DNA of 63,589 nt, counting the filler, from Sluysia triapertura (Eukaryota), in the NCBI GenBank assembly GCA_046118255.1. It is 4 parts of 4 records of this genome, joined end to end, with 100 filler letters (N's around TTAATTAATTAA, not from the genome) between each part and the next. Parts side by side here need not be neighbours in the genome. Positions count along the whole stretch, not along the records: positions 1 to 12,601 come from JBJNIA010095334.1; positions 12,702 to 26,723 come from JBJNIA010009211.1; 2 more parts are not named here. One strand, 5' to 3'. A program made the position numbers and the translations under genes. The notes beneath the pieces are model-generated. The model had not been told where the DNA came from. It saw only the letters and a list, made by a program, of their open reading frames with translations, and ran no database searches. Shown piece after piece: positions 1 through 13,578 of this stretch; position 1 is the stretch's first letter; each line of letters starts with the position of its first letter.

Positions 1-66
1 CATTCGCACTGCGCATCGAAGGTCCCGGGTTCGATCCCCGGTCAGTCCATTTTATTAAGTCTAACA
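1..66 (+). mobile_element. 3' part of tRNA-containing short LTR (tRNA-like 3' half, TTTT, GTCTAACA end)
   Basis: T-arm/B-box CCGGGTTCGATCCCCGG, acceptor-like TCAGTCCA, TTTT, then AAGTCTAACA, a tail shared with the copies at 54206, 59977 and 60280. A truncated inverted tail follows at 75-102. Confidence 0.7.
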
Positions 67-295
67 TATATATATGTTAGACTTAATATATATATAGTGG
101 ACACGCACAGTTATTTATATTGATTAATTTTAAAATTTTAAAATTTCGTAAGTAATATTATTCAAAAATTTGAATTTTTTAAATTTTATTTTAATGTATT
201 ATTTACTTAGATTAGTATTATATTAATTTTTTACAATTATTATTTATAAAATTTCCCCAACAGATTATTTAAAAACGTCAATATTTACCATTAAG

Positions 296-523
296 ATAAT
301 TTTTCAATTGTATTAGTACCTCAACGCAAAGAATATTATTGTTATCAAGATATATCAATTTATTTAAAAAGTAGCAGTGCTGTTAATGTGACCCCTGATT
401 ATTGTTTATTAGAAAATCATAACATTACAACGTATATTCCAAAAGTAGATTTCACTAATTATTATAATATAACATGTAAAATTGGTTCATTAATTAATTA
501 TAAAAAAATTTATATCGTACAAG
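296..523 (+). CDS. internal exon of a putative Ig-like/extracellular glycoprotein
   Basis: AG|...|GT, phase 1 at both ends, open (NFSIVLVPQRKEYYCYQ...YYNITCKIGS...IVQ); splices in frame to the exon at 3735. Confidence 0.55.
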
Positions 524-2984
524 GTTACGTTTATTAATTTTTAGAATTTAATAATTGCGAATAAATTTATCAAATTACATTTTGTTTATATCAAGTGAAA
601 ATATCGCGGTTAAAACTAAATTAATATAAGGTATTAATATCTTGTTAGATTTCTTCTTAATATTCAGTTAACGGAAAACTTCTACTTGTTTTGACATAAA
701 TAATTAAGTTTTACAATTTAATACATATGCAACATAATGTTAATTTATTTTTAAACTTTTAAATTTAATTTAAAATTTATTTAATTTAAATTTATTCTTC
801 AAATTTTTAAAATGAAATTAAGATCATTATCTTTAAGATTACAATACTTTTATATTAATTTAAAATAAGATTTAATAGGATTAATATAAGTTTAAAATTT
901 AGTAACAAATAATAACTAGTTTTAAAATCGAAATTAGATAAGCAATCGTTTTAAAATGAGATTCTATAAAGACAATGTGAAATCAAACTTTAAGAACATA
1001 AAGTCCAAGAAGAATTATTTTAATACGTAAGTTAAATTAAGATTGAATAAAATTAGTATGCAATTAAAAATTAGTAACATTATTCTCGATCAAAATTAAC
1101 TTAAATTAAAAATTAAGTAGAATAGAAGGAATAATGTGGTATCAAAATTTGGAAGCATTGTAATCGACAAAAATCATTTTAAAGTAAAAATAAATGAAAA
1201 TATATGTAAATAAATTTTAATAACGCTAAAATTTGATAATAAATCAGTATAAAAATCTCGGACAAAGGAAAAGCCGATTTTTTATGTATTGTATATTTAA
1301 AATTAATTGCATATGATCAGTGTGCGATTATATATTAACAATTGAATTGCCTATATTTTGATAAAATTAATTGTATATAAATTAAATTTTATATATTAAA
1401 TAAAATAATATTAAAAATTTCGGACAGAGAGAAATTAATTATCACAAACTAATATAAAAATTGATTAATAGTACATATGTATGTATATATAGAGAGAAAT
1501 TGTAAGAGATAGTATAAGTATCACTGAAAATCAGAAATCAAACAATAATAAAGCAGGAGTTAATCGACATTACTGAGGGTTATAAAAAAGTTGGAATTAA
1601 TTTAATTTATCTGTCCGTGCATCAGACTTCGAAATTTTATTGAGATTAAATTGAGTAAGTATCAAGCTACTCAAAAACCTATCAAGAACTGTTTCATCCA
1701 GTTATGTGGATTAATTTGATTTATTAAACTGAATTGATAATTTTAGCGAATGATTTTCCGAGAGAAAGATCATGTAAGATCCTTTAATAAAAATTAAAAT
1801 TTAACGAATAAATGTTATAAAATAATTACGTTAAATAAACTTCATAGAGTTTTATTTTGATAAATTTTATAGATTATCGATTTTATTTTATACCAGCTAT
1901 TAATTGGTTATATTGAAGAAAATTTATCCAGTGTTAATTTTATTTGTTGTTCGAAGATTAAACGAAGTTAAAAGTTTTCTTTAATTAGCCTCCGTTAATT
2001 TTATCACAGAGATAACGGAATTAAAGTTGTATTCATTAATAATTAAACAAGTTCTATTAAGTTTTAATTTTAGAAGTTAAAATATCCATTTGTAATACAC
2101 TACACAAAAATATTTTGTTTTAATTTCAATTATTAAAAAGCCCGAGAGATAAAATAAATTACATAAATATAAAATTTATTAACATAACAAATTATTGCAT
2201 CAAACTTGCACACCACCATTCAATTTCAGTCTATCGAGACGAGTAGAATAACTATACCTCGAGACAAGAAATTTTAGAGTGAATAATCTATTAAGAAACA
2301 TGTAAGGTACATATGACAAAAACAGAAAAAGTTTTAATTTTACGAAAGTAAAACAATTTTATCAGACAACTAACAATAAGAAATTATTACATTAGAGAGT
2401 TAAATTTTACATTTGTAAAAGATTGTAACTCCAATTAAATCTAAGTATATTATAAAGTGAGAATATCCATAACAATCGTTCGTTTTAAATACTTAACAGA
2501 AATAAAAGAATAATTTTTAATTTTTAAACTCTTTAAGCCAATAAGATTTTTCTAGTAGATAAATCTAGTACAATTACATATGTGCCACATATTGTAGACG
2601 AAATCTGAAATCACAATTTTTATTTTGCTGTATTAATCATTCTGGTGAACCATAATCGATAATCATACAATCACAAATAACAACAAATAACATTATTGTT
2701 TATATAAAACTAACAATTATTACATTTTCTCATTCTTATGCATTTTAATAATCTCATTTACACAATCTTTATATCTTCTATAACCTCACTATGCATAAGC
2801 TTAAACTCAAATTATAATTTCAAATCATTTATTGAAATCAAATATCTTATTATAATTTTATTAATTTTACCCTTATTATTATTACTATTACTATTATTAT
2901 GATTATGCTTATGATTAGTATTATTATTATAAAATTGTTAATTTTTTCTTTTAATATTTATAACATATTTTTACTGTTAAAAGA

Positions 2985-3400
2985 AAAATTTTGAAGTAAG
3001 AGAAATAAATAATGAAATAATTTATAAAGACGAATTTGCTAAGTATTATCAGTAAAGAATTCTAACAATGCCACCCTTTCACATAAAGAAAAATTGTATC
3101 AAGAGATAAAAATTCATCGTGCATTGTTTCATGGACACAAAGTATCAATTTTGGTACTTCGAGAATAAAACTAATATTATGCAAATACTAAAATTTCACT
3201 CTATTAGAATTATGTAAAAGGATCTGAAACAAAATACATAATGATCGACAAATTGCATTTGTGTGTAGTCATCGATATTTAAAATTGTCACATGATTCTA
3301 AATAATGTTAAGAAAGTCAGAAATAATAATTTTGAATTGATACTTAATCTGGAATATGCAAATGAGTGTCTTAGAACAATGTCAAATACATAAATTTTGT
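2985..3400 (+). pseudogene. intronless degenerate Polo-like kinase fragment
   Basis: Frameshifted peptides HKEKLYQEIKIHRALFH, TLLELCKR, SETKY, RQIA..C and HRYLKL match the order of PLK1 motifs (QKEKMSMEISIHRSLAH, SLLELHKR, PEARY, RQIV..C, HRDLKL). Confidence 0.7.
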
Positions 3401-3734
3401 AATTCATTTTAAAGTTCTTATGAAATCAAACTTTGTTTTTTATCTTTGCATTGTAATGTATTGAATCGCCTCCGGCAGATTTAAAACTGATTCCCACGTT
3501 TATGATTTAGTAATAACAACAAAAGACCATAAGCCTATTTTAAAAGTCAAAAAGTGTCATCACTTTAACTGTGGTAATTGTAATATCTGCCATCTAAAAC
3601 ATAAACCTTAACAATATTATAATAATTATTATCATAATGATTAATAATAAATCTTAATTATCATGATGAATATATAGTTTAGCAAACAACAATTGATACA
3701 AATAAAAATTGATTTAAATTTTCCTTTTTTACAG

Positions 3735-4073
3735 GTAAAAAGAATGTATATATTTTGAGCTATGTACCAATTAATTATGAATTAGATCACAATATAAAAT
3801 GTACTACTTTTAAATATGACATTAAGACAACATTTAAATGGTCGTGTATTATTGAAAATAAATCATATGTAATAACACCAAATTTATGGAAACGTAATTT
3901 TACTTCGGCGTATGCACTTTTTATTGCCGAAAACATTATTTACATTAATCCACAAACGATTCTGTTTCGTAGCACTATTCCCGATGACACGTATAATTGT
4001 ACTTGTCACGGAATAATTGCTGATGTTAATAAAAATATTACAATGAAATTAGTTGCGTTATTTGAATTTAGAA
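3735..4073 (+). CDS. internal exon, Ig-like domain
   Basis: TTTTTTACAG acceptor, A|GTAAAG donor, phase 1/1; C...W...D-x-x-Y-x-C pattern (IKCTT..FKWSC..DDTYNC); N-glycosylation sequons. Confidence 0.65.
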
Positions 4074-4416
4074 GTAAAGATATTTCTTACATTTTAAATA
4101 TTAATGTATCCTATGTTATATATAAAATCTAAAAAGTACTGAGGAATTATATATATGCTTGTGTGTATTATCTAACATACAGTTGAGCTTATGTTTTACG
4201 TTTTTTGGTGAGAAAAATTTTAATGTCTAACTCAGTTTAAAATAATTAATGAGTAATTGAAAATATATAGCAAATCTGGCTTTTTAAAAACAAAATGATA
4301 ATTCAAAAATTAAAGCTTTATCTCTAAGTTTCATTTCTAACAAGTTTTAAAACGAATATCTTTAATTAAATTTTTGAACAAGCAATGGGATCGTTTCTTA
4401 GAAACAATTAATCGTG

Positions 4417-4800
4417 TCATGCAAGGGTTTCATAAATACAACTCATTAACGAAAATTTATTAGATAGTAATGAATAAATGACGCCTTTAGTGTCTAATTC
4501 AATTTGTTTCTTTTCTTCGCTTTTTCTTGGATCAGGCTGTCTTTTAATAGTATTTGTTTCTTTGTCACTAGTTTCAATATGTGGATTTCTGTTAAGATCC
4601 ACTATATAATCAGGTTCCTCTGTTATATCTATATATTCATTATTCTCCAAACCTTCATTTTCATCCATTAATTGTCATAAAAATGAATGCGGGTTTACGT
4701 TAACTTCATCCTCAGATACATTTTCTAACAAATTATCATATTCAGCCTCTTACATATATTAATAGTTTACCAATTCTTCATAGTTTACTAACGGATAACC
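4417..4800 (-). pseudogene. acidic degenerate ORF, probable element cargo
   Basis: 83-aa acidic ORF with coding-like upstream sequence interrupted by stops. Confidence 0.3.
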
Positions 4801-4959
4801 GTAATCATTGAAAAAGCTTAGGTATAAAATATCTACTATTAAAATACAATTCTACATTCAAAATTGATGGGTCATTCATTTTAATTATTTCAATAATGTT
4901 GTAATGGCCAACCTTAACAATCACTAAAATTTTATTAAAACTAATATCCTTTTCTTCTC

Positions 4960-5460
4960 TTTTCATTATACTTAAACAGCCACAGATCTATCTATTACAT
5001 ATTTTTAAAACTAATCTATATCCACAATTTTACAACATTTTTTATCACGATTACACCTAACAGTACCAATTCACCAGAAACATTACTCGACAATCACAAC
5101 AATCCAACAACAAACACATTCGAAATAATTTATTCAATACTTTCGAACCCTTTATTTTACACTACACTTTAACAATTAATACTTAATATTTAATAATATT
5201 TATTCAATAGTTTATTTGCTTAAACCAAATCACAATCACAAACTTACAACACATAAACCACAATTACATCTAATACTATTTCACAACACCAATAAATCTA
5301 CTCGAAACATAAAATACCTACTTCACATCTTCGAATCAATTACAACATTTCAAACTCACTATTCATTTATGCATAATCATCAAAAACACAGTACAACACC
5401 AAAAACTTCAAATAAACAAACCACACAGAACATTGTACAATAACATCTTAAATGTGCCAA
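4960..5460. repeat. C/A-skewed dispersed repeat
   Basis: Shares blocks (tatatccacaat, actcgaca..cacattcgaaat, cttcgaatcaatt.caacattt) with 19400-19900. Confidence 0.65.
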
Positions 5461-6059
5461 GATTTATATTGTAGTTGTCCTTGTAGATTCATTAAATTAC
5501 AATATTCTCAATAAGCCTTTTTATCCACGATATTTCAATACTTAAACCTTGTTTTCAATTTTAAACTTCAATCAATGTTTAAAAACTTATTCTAACATCC
5601 TCTATTTCACTTTCGACTCAAATCATTTATCATTTATATTCAAAGGTTAAATATATTTATCAATTCTTTCAAAACAATTCTTACTCAGGAATTTAGTCTC
5701 AAATATATTTTAATTTATTTCAACATATTAAAATTCTACAAGAATTAAGGAAGATTGTATACAGTTTCAAAGAATTCAATTTCATACAACGAAATAACGA
5801 CGATAATTCGAGCATTGTACACTGTTATCGTCGCTATTTCGTTCAATTTTATCAATTTCATTCATTTTTATTTTCATATGTTCAGAAGAAATAAATATTA
5901 AAGAATAGGAAGATCGTGTTATTTTTTTAAAAAAGAGATTTGTGCGGTTTTCTTTTCTTTATTTATTTTTCTTGTTAATAATAATAATAACGATATTATT
6001 ATTGTTATTATTATTATCAATTATCAAATTAATTATTATAAAAATTTTTATAATACAAA

Positions 6060-6275
6060 ATTGTACTTACAGTTGCTGACATCACCTGTATTGACACAGC
6101 TCGTCAAAATCTTCATTATTGTGTCAATACTGATGATGGTCAATCATCAGCAATCACGTTTTTGTGTGTCAGATATAATTTTCTGGCCATCATCCAATCA
6201 GGACCGATTTTACTGATTTATCTTTTTAAAAGCCCTGATTGGATGACTAACCACATACTGAAAAACAAAAATAGA
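6060..6275. promoter_or_regulatory. hairpin/inverted CCAAT module
   Basis: Inverted repeats gtattgacaca/tgtgtcaatac (6088-6130) and tcatccaatcagg/cctgattggatga (6190-6246); similar modules at 20270 and 25140. Confidence 0.5.
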
Positions 6276-6987
6276 AGTATTAAAAAATCACAAAATAATA
6301 ATTATATTTAATTACTAATTTTTCATTTGAGTTGATGGATTTAAAAGACACAAAACGTAAAGATATTGAAATTTTATTCGTTAAACTTTAATTGTTGAAT
6401 TTTGTGATAGGCTCTATTTCTCAATTCCCTTTCTCAAATTAAAATTAACAAGTGAAATGCATTTTTATTTCAGTAAGAAATTATATCAAACATTAAGTCT
6501 TTGTGTCAGTGTTCATTAAATGTACTAGATTCAAGTTAAAGTTTACAATTATTTTAATTTAAATTAACTGAACAATTTATTTTATCTTAAATTAATCAAA
6601 TTAATGTTCTACAAAAAATTTTGATAAAATAGAAGTTTGATTTGATTGACGATGGTTGCTACTGCTGTGGTGGATTAGACCGACTAGAAAGTTTTTGTAA
6701 AACTCTGGTAACTTGAATCAATCAATCCTCAAATGTATTTTTGGAATATCACGGTTTATCTATCGACTTTTATAGTCGATACAGATTTACAATCAATAAA
6801 TTAAAATTTTATTGATTAACAATTATTTATGTTAATGTGAATGTTATAAATTCACAATTCATAATAAATCAGTAATTCACAATTCATATATGAAATTCAA
6901 AAATTCAATGAACTAAATTTATAAAATTCTTATAAAATTATACCTTACAAAATTATATTACATATTAGGAAATTTAATACTAAATGA

Positions 6988-7037
<50 letters not shown>
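6988..7037. repeat. (ATT)n microsatellite
   Basis: perfect trinucleotide run. Confidence 0.95.
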
Positions 7038-7038
<1 letters not shown>

Positions 7039-7449
7039 ATTATAAATTATTACTAACACAATTTTATTCAAACTTTATTCATACAGTCATATTAATTTTC
7101 TTATAAAATTGCACTATTTTGCGTAATAATCAAACTCTTAACGTTCGTAAATTTAGATTTCATACTATTTAAAGTGATTCAATTTAAAACATTTTATTTG
7201 ATATTACTGTTGAGTATTATGTTACTTTGTTATTTGTAATAATATTAATAAATTTTAACGAGCCAAACGAAAAATAAAAATTTATATTGGTTTCTCAAAT
7301 AATTTTAAAGAGAATTTGGTATTATAAAATCCTCATGTAATAAAGTATTTTAATAAAATTTTATCTATAGTAAAGTTATAAAATTTACTCGAATATTTTT
7401 TTAATGTTAATCTTTATGCCTGATTCTTCCACGTATATTAAACGTATTT

Positions 7450-9150
7450 GTATATTTATCGACATTTAGTTGTATCAAAATTTCGGATTAAAACCTCCTT
7501 AAATCTTAGCGTTCGTCTTTATTTGTGATTTTTTTACTTAAAAACATCTTACATATTAGTTTTATTCTGGTACTAAATACTAGCCAATTATTTCCTTGTA
7601 TATGTTCTATAATAATTTTTCTATGATTAGTTTCACCTTATACATTTATTTTAATTTAATAGCCAATTTTTTAATTCCAGACACTAATATATTTATTTTC
7701 AACATTATTAATATTTTACACTATATCGCTGATGTTACTTATTACCTTAAAACAATTTACAAAATGATATCAATTTTAATTCAGGGGTCGCTTATAGTAA
7801 GTGCTTTATAACTGAAATGGAGGTGCTCCTGTGGGATTTTTGAATTGTTTACTCAAAACTGGTCATTTCTGATACTAAATTCCATTCTTTTTAACTTAAC
7901 TTCCTAATGTTTTAACTTTTTATCCGATGAGTATTGTTCCCTATGTGTAATGTCTTTAGTTATGAAGAAACTAGCATTATTTTTTTCTTTACCTGAGTTT
8001 ATACTTTGTAATTAAATCAATCAGTTTCTTTGTAAAAGTTCAGTGAAGTTTTAATAATATTTCAATCCAGCACTCGAAATTGATACGAACGACACTTTAG
8101 ATTGTTAAAATCAATTTACAAATAGGAAGTGAATCTACTACATTTTTAAATTATAAAAGACCAAAACAAAAACTTGTTAATATATTATACAACAGAGTGA
8201 AGTTGAACTGTATGCACTTAAAACAATATAAAGTGTTTTTTTTCAGGAACTGTTCACTTTAAAAAGTCAATACAAATCTTTTTAGTACATTAAGAAAAAT
8301 GAGTCCTTAGGTTTTTCTAGATAAAATGATTTTTGATTTTTCATGGATTTTAAATCTTAGATTAACTAAAATAAAGCTTAAAATAAAAAAATTACGCTTA
8401 CAATTAAAAACGATTATAAATATAATTACGGTAGATTTAATTTAGTGTACTAATTTGGAATAGTCAAAGTTTTTATACAAACATTAAATTGATGTTAAAA
8501 ATGGACGCTGCAGTGGTAAATATATAATTTCCTGATTGGAAGATGGTAAAGTCCTTTTATAAACAGAACTATTATTGTGCATGATTTTATAATGTCGATT
8601 GATCAGTCTTAGTGACATTTCTAATTATTGGAAATACATTGCACTTAATACAATACCTTTGTGATTTGGCATATGAACTTCTGTCGAATTACCTTTTCTT
8701 TATCAATTTTAATACATTAAATATTATATTTATTGGTGTTTCTTGAACATATACATATTAACTATTATTTTCATTAATTGTCTAAATATTTTTTAACATA
8801 AATATGTCGCACGTATTTCATTGCTTCTGAATTTCTTCATCCAATGCTACTATAGTGAACTTTTTTGAAATTATAAAAGTTTTGTCTTAGAAAATTTGAA
8901 ATTATTAAGTTAATTTTGATTTTAACTTAAATAAATTTTTATGCTCGATAAAGTTACTATAGAGTTTTATCTTTTTATATAACCGAATTCATCATTTATT
9001 ATTTCCTTTCCGTTTCCTGATAAAATATAAATGTCCTTCTATAAAGAGAAATAATAATGTTGATTATATGCCTACTTTTGATCGCAATCTTGTAATGATT
9101 TTCTAGTGCAAAAAATAAACATAAAATAATTACTTAGGGGGTCTCTTTCG
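7450..9150 (-). mobile_element. highly decayed Gypsy pol relic (RT/RNase H/integrase scraps)
   Basis: Minus-strand peptides YIFTTAAS (RNase H TDAS-like, ~8510) and NPTGAPPFQL (integrase STG.SPF.L-like, ~7820) in pol order. Confidence 0.45.
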
Positions 9151-11279
9151 GACATCGAAGCATTATCATTAAGCACTTTAATATAATTTAATAAAATGTA
9201 TATAAAATTTATACCTTACTATTTAAAATAGTATACCTTACTATTTAAAAAATTAAACGATATTTATTATTTCAATATTATTTATTAAATAAACGATACT
9301 TATTATTTTTTATTATATAATTTCAAAACTCATAATGCACTTTACTAATTTAAAAAATTGAGTTTATAAATATGCATTTATATGTTTTAAAATTAACTTT
9401 TATCTATAATCAATGTTTTATTTTTATGAATAACTTAAATTTATAGATAATTTATTTTTTGAAGGGAGTTTTATTTGAGAGCATATTAGAAATTAATTAT
9501 TGTTTTAGAAATTTTTAATTACCTTGCTGCAATTGTTCTTAAGGTGCTTGAGGCTTTGATATGGCAATTTTCTTTCTTAATTATTCTTTAATTTGAAGTA
9601 ATTATAAATTTGAGTGACATTTTGATTTGATGCCGAAGGCAGTATCTATTTGCAATTATGAAGGTTTTAATTTTAATTTGATGGCGTCAAATTTTGGGTT
9701 AAAGAATATTGGGGTTATGAAAGATATGAAGATCGCGTAAAGAAGATTATTGAAATGAGTGTTTATAAGAATGTGAAAATGTAATAATTAATAATATAGG
9801 TTGTTGATGCTTTGAGAATGTTGAGAAGTGTGTTGTTATTTGTGAATGCATGATTTTGGATTCTGACCCACTATATTTAGTTTCGTTTGATGGTACTATC
9901 AAATCTATTTCAATCTGATATGAAGTGTATATAATATAATATAATTGTGTGAGTTCCTTACGATCGTGGTCTTACTTATAGGCCAGTCCGTAGTGTCAGC
10001 GAAAGGTAATACAATAGTGGAAAATATGGAGGTTAATTAAAAATTGATGCTACGATAAATGCTAATATGCTTTTAAATGCTAAAAATTTTCTGCTATTCA
10101 AATTCCGTTTTTGAAGCGAGATTATATTCAGTAGTTTATTTATCATCCTATTATTTAAAAATGATCTAGAATTATTGGTAATTTAAATTAATATATTTGA
10201 TGTAATTATTAATTTAAATTAATATAAATTAAATTATATAAATTAGTTCACTATGTAAAGATTGGAAGTTTATCAAACTTTAAACAAACTTATAACCGTT
10301 ATTGTTATATTAATATCGAAATTCAAGGAGTTAATTTATACGATTTTTTGTTATAGCAATACCGTCATTAATCCAATAAAGTTAAATTTAATTATCTGTA
10401 ATAAGTTTTATAAAATTTTAATTATAAAACTTAATTATCTGTAATAAAACTGAACAAAATTATTTAAGAATTTTAACGATTACCAATGTAGTTGATAAAG
10501 CTTCTTTTTGGTATTTTTTGAAATTTAATTTCTATAGGTAAAATTATTAAATAATTACCAAAAGTTTAAATAGAAAACAATGTTGAAACTTATTTAAGAG
10601 TCTGTATCAAAATTCAACTAATGATAACTTGTACAATTTTTATTCAAGTAGATCGTATATGAAAGTTTTCCTTGATATGATGCAATTGTTTTTCGTTAGC
10701 TCTTTTAATATCCAGTTACAAATTACACAATAGTAAATAGCTTCAAAGTTTTTTTTACTTTTTTTTGGTTCTGCCTTAATGAATTTTTTAGTTCACTATT
10801 TATACTCAACATAATTCTAAGGGGAGATGAACTTTTAGAGTCTTTAAACAATTAATCATTATTTTACAATGAATCAGTTCTACTAGGACATTGACACAAA
10901 TATATAATGAAAATAAAGATTAATTATACATTTTTGCCTATAAAATTCTTACATTTACTTATTCAAAACAGGAATTTTCTTAATAATGTTTAATTTACAA
11001 ATAGCCATTTAATTATTAGTTTCAATTATTAAACTAATCGTCTCCAATGATTGAATTAATAGTCCTCAGTTATTAAAAATATCGAGTAAAACTCGATCTA
11101 AACCTTTATAACAATATACAAAAATCCGAATCCAGTAATAGTTTTTGTGTGTCTTTAATTTGTTTAAAGTCAAACTTTGCGTTTTATTCATTTAAAAATT
11201 TTCAAGAATTTAAGTACATTTTGTATTTGTTATTTTAAATAATTATTATCAAGGCCTCTAGGCATTTGAAATGCTTAAC

Positions 11280-11280
<1 letters not shown>

Positions 11281-11357
<77 letters not shown>
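11281..11357. repeat. (TTA)n microsatellite
   Basis: perfect trinucleotide run. Confidence 0.95.
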
Positions 11358-11971
11358 TTCAGGAAAATTAATTTTGTTTTTATTGGTTCTGTTAAAACTA
11401 ATAAAATGTGCTTAGTTAAAATTTATTGCGAAGCATTTCCTTGGCTGTGAAGGGAGCTATTGCAGCGTTACTTTTGTATTATGTTGTAATTACATATCTA
11501 GCAATCAAGTGTCAGTAGTAAAATTTTGATATGTAATTTTTATTTATTGTCAGAATTCGTAGTTAAGATCTTTATTGTCATTACTTGAATTACAAAAATA
11601 TGAAAATGGCATTGTATTTTCAAATATTTACAATTTCTCAGTTTGTTTATCGAAAGCTCGTTTTAATTAAATGTTTATATCCGATTATACGAACTCCTAA
11701 TTTGTTAATGTTTTAATTGGTTTTTAAAATATATTAAATTTCGTATTGTAGTAGTTTTATACAAATATTTAAAATAAAATGTAAATGAAAGTAATAAATC
11801 TATAAAAGTAATAAATTTCAATACTTATAAAAAGTACACTTAATAACGTTTTATATTCAAACTTAAGGTATTTTAAAAGTATCGTAATATTGAAGTGCTT
11901 TTTATAAATCGCACAAATCCAATGTAATTTAAAAATTAAATACTAATTATTAAGGAATAATATTTGTTTAG

Positions 11972-12502
11972 GCCAAAGTGGATATGGAGGAAATCCTCCA
12001 AGCCGAAGTGGTGTATTATCACGTCCAAGTAAACGAATACCTCATTCTTCAGTAGGGTCAGGAATTATTTTGACAGGAATTACTTCTGTTAATTCTTCCG
12101 AAACATCCATTAGTAATTCTGGCATTGATTCAACAGCAATGATGAATAATGAAACCCAAGATCAAAGTGCAGTTGTGTCGGAAAATGCGATTGAGGGTTA
12201 TGCTGATAATGCGGATGTAAATAATGAAATTACTTGTAAAACTGTGACTGGTGTCCTAGGACAATCAGTGAGTACACCAGCAACACCTGTTATGTTATCT
12301 AAAGTGAGTCATGGTTATCAGAAAATAATCCATAACAAACCTCCACCATCCCCAGCTCACTTCTCAAATCAACAATTTAACAATAGTAAGTGCAAAATTA
12401 TTTTATTAACTTCATTGATGTTAAATCAATTTACATTTTTCAGTTTCATATCTCTGCTTACTTAAACGTTGGGAAGAGAGCGGTTTGTTGAATCGAATTT
12501 AA
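11972..12502 (+). CDS. last two exons (11972-12385, 12444-12502) of an unknown gene, Ser/Thr/Pro-rich C-terminus
   Basis: TTTAG acceptor, A|GTAAGT donor, TTTTTCAG acceptor; spliced frame open to TAA (...PPPSPAHFSNQQFNN-ISYLCLLKRWEESGLLNRI*). Confidence 0.75.
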
Positions 12503-12601
12503 TATTGTTGTAGTGTTCTACCTACCTCAACCTTAACACATACAATTTAAACATTCTTTATACTTTATATTAATATAATATAACTCAAATAAATAATAAG
12601 T

Positions 12602-12701
12602 NNNNNNNNNNNNNNNNNNNNNNNNNNNNNNNNNNNNNNNNNNNNTTAATTAATTAANNNNNNNNNNNNNNNNNNNNNNNNNNNNNNNNNNNNNNNNNNN
12701 N
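12602..12701. other. artificial contig linker
   Basis: N44-TTAATTAATTAA-N44, stop codons in all six frames. Confidence 0.98.
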
Positions 12702-13578
12702 TTATTACATTAGTTCACTATAAAAACAAATGCGTCGTTTATTTTTATAATGTGAATTTTAAATGTTTTTGTATAATTATTTTATTGAAATAGATATCTT
12801 TATCTAATTTTTATCTAATTAAATAAAGAAATTCTTTATTATATTGCAGAAATTTGAATGGAGATCTCAAATAGAGTATTCTTTGTAAATGAATTTTAAT
12901 AAGAGAAATAATGTTATTTATTGTGCAATAATGATTTATTATTATTTGCTTTTGGTGCTAATTTAAAAAAATACAAATGAAGAAGCATTTTCTTCTCAAA
13001 ATGTGTTAGAAATGCTAAAAGTTAATATAAAAATATTTATACAATTATTAATAAATAAACTTCTGATTTTTGTTATTTTTATTACTTGAATAATTTATTT
13101 ATTATTTCTATATATTATGATCATACGGCTTTATGATGGTCTCTGTATCGTAAAGGTCAGTTCTGAACTCTTCCCTGGTGATAGAGTTGGAAGTATTAAT
13201 CAAACTAAATCAAGGTCAAGAATATCTATTCTCTAAAAAATTAAACTTTTAGTACATTAATTTTGTATAATTTTGTGCAACATAGAAAAGTAATCACAGA
13301 TAAAATTTTATTAATCATTAAAATTGTAAGTAATTAACAAAATGGCAAATCTGTGAATCATGATGAGGGGCATAAGATTAATGTGATCATCGAAGGAAAT
13401 TCGCATTTTGAGATTGTTAGCTAGTATTCAAAATGTACTAGTGTCCTTGTATAATAGCTATATGAATGGATGATGAGCAGTTCATAGGACAGTCATTTTA
13501 TTGCTTATTTTCATACAGGATAAATGAAAAACATTAAATCCTATAAATTCTTTAATTCATTTTATTTTATTTGTTAAG

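Noticed and set aside
1-49. functional tRNA gene
   Set aside because: The 5' half is outside the window, the anticodon arm is unclear, and the 3' flank is shared with LTR-like repeat copies.
5216-5443. His/Thr/Gln-rich ORF
   Set aside because: By-product of C/A skew; the homologous repeat at 19400 does not keep the frame.
11405-11520. possible TM exon linking the Ig-like exons to the 11972 exons
   Set aside because: No splice-site pair gives an open, phase-compatible frame.
12602-12701. TTAATTAATTAA palindrome repeated three times in N runs
   Set aside because: Assembly linker, not biology; adjacency across linkers cannot be trusted.
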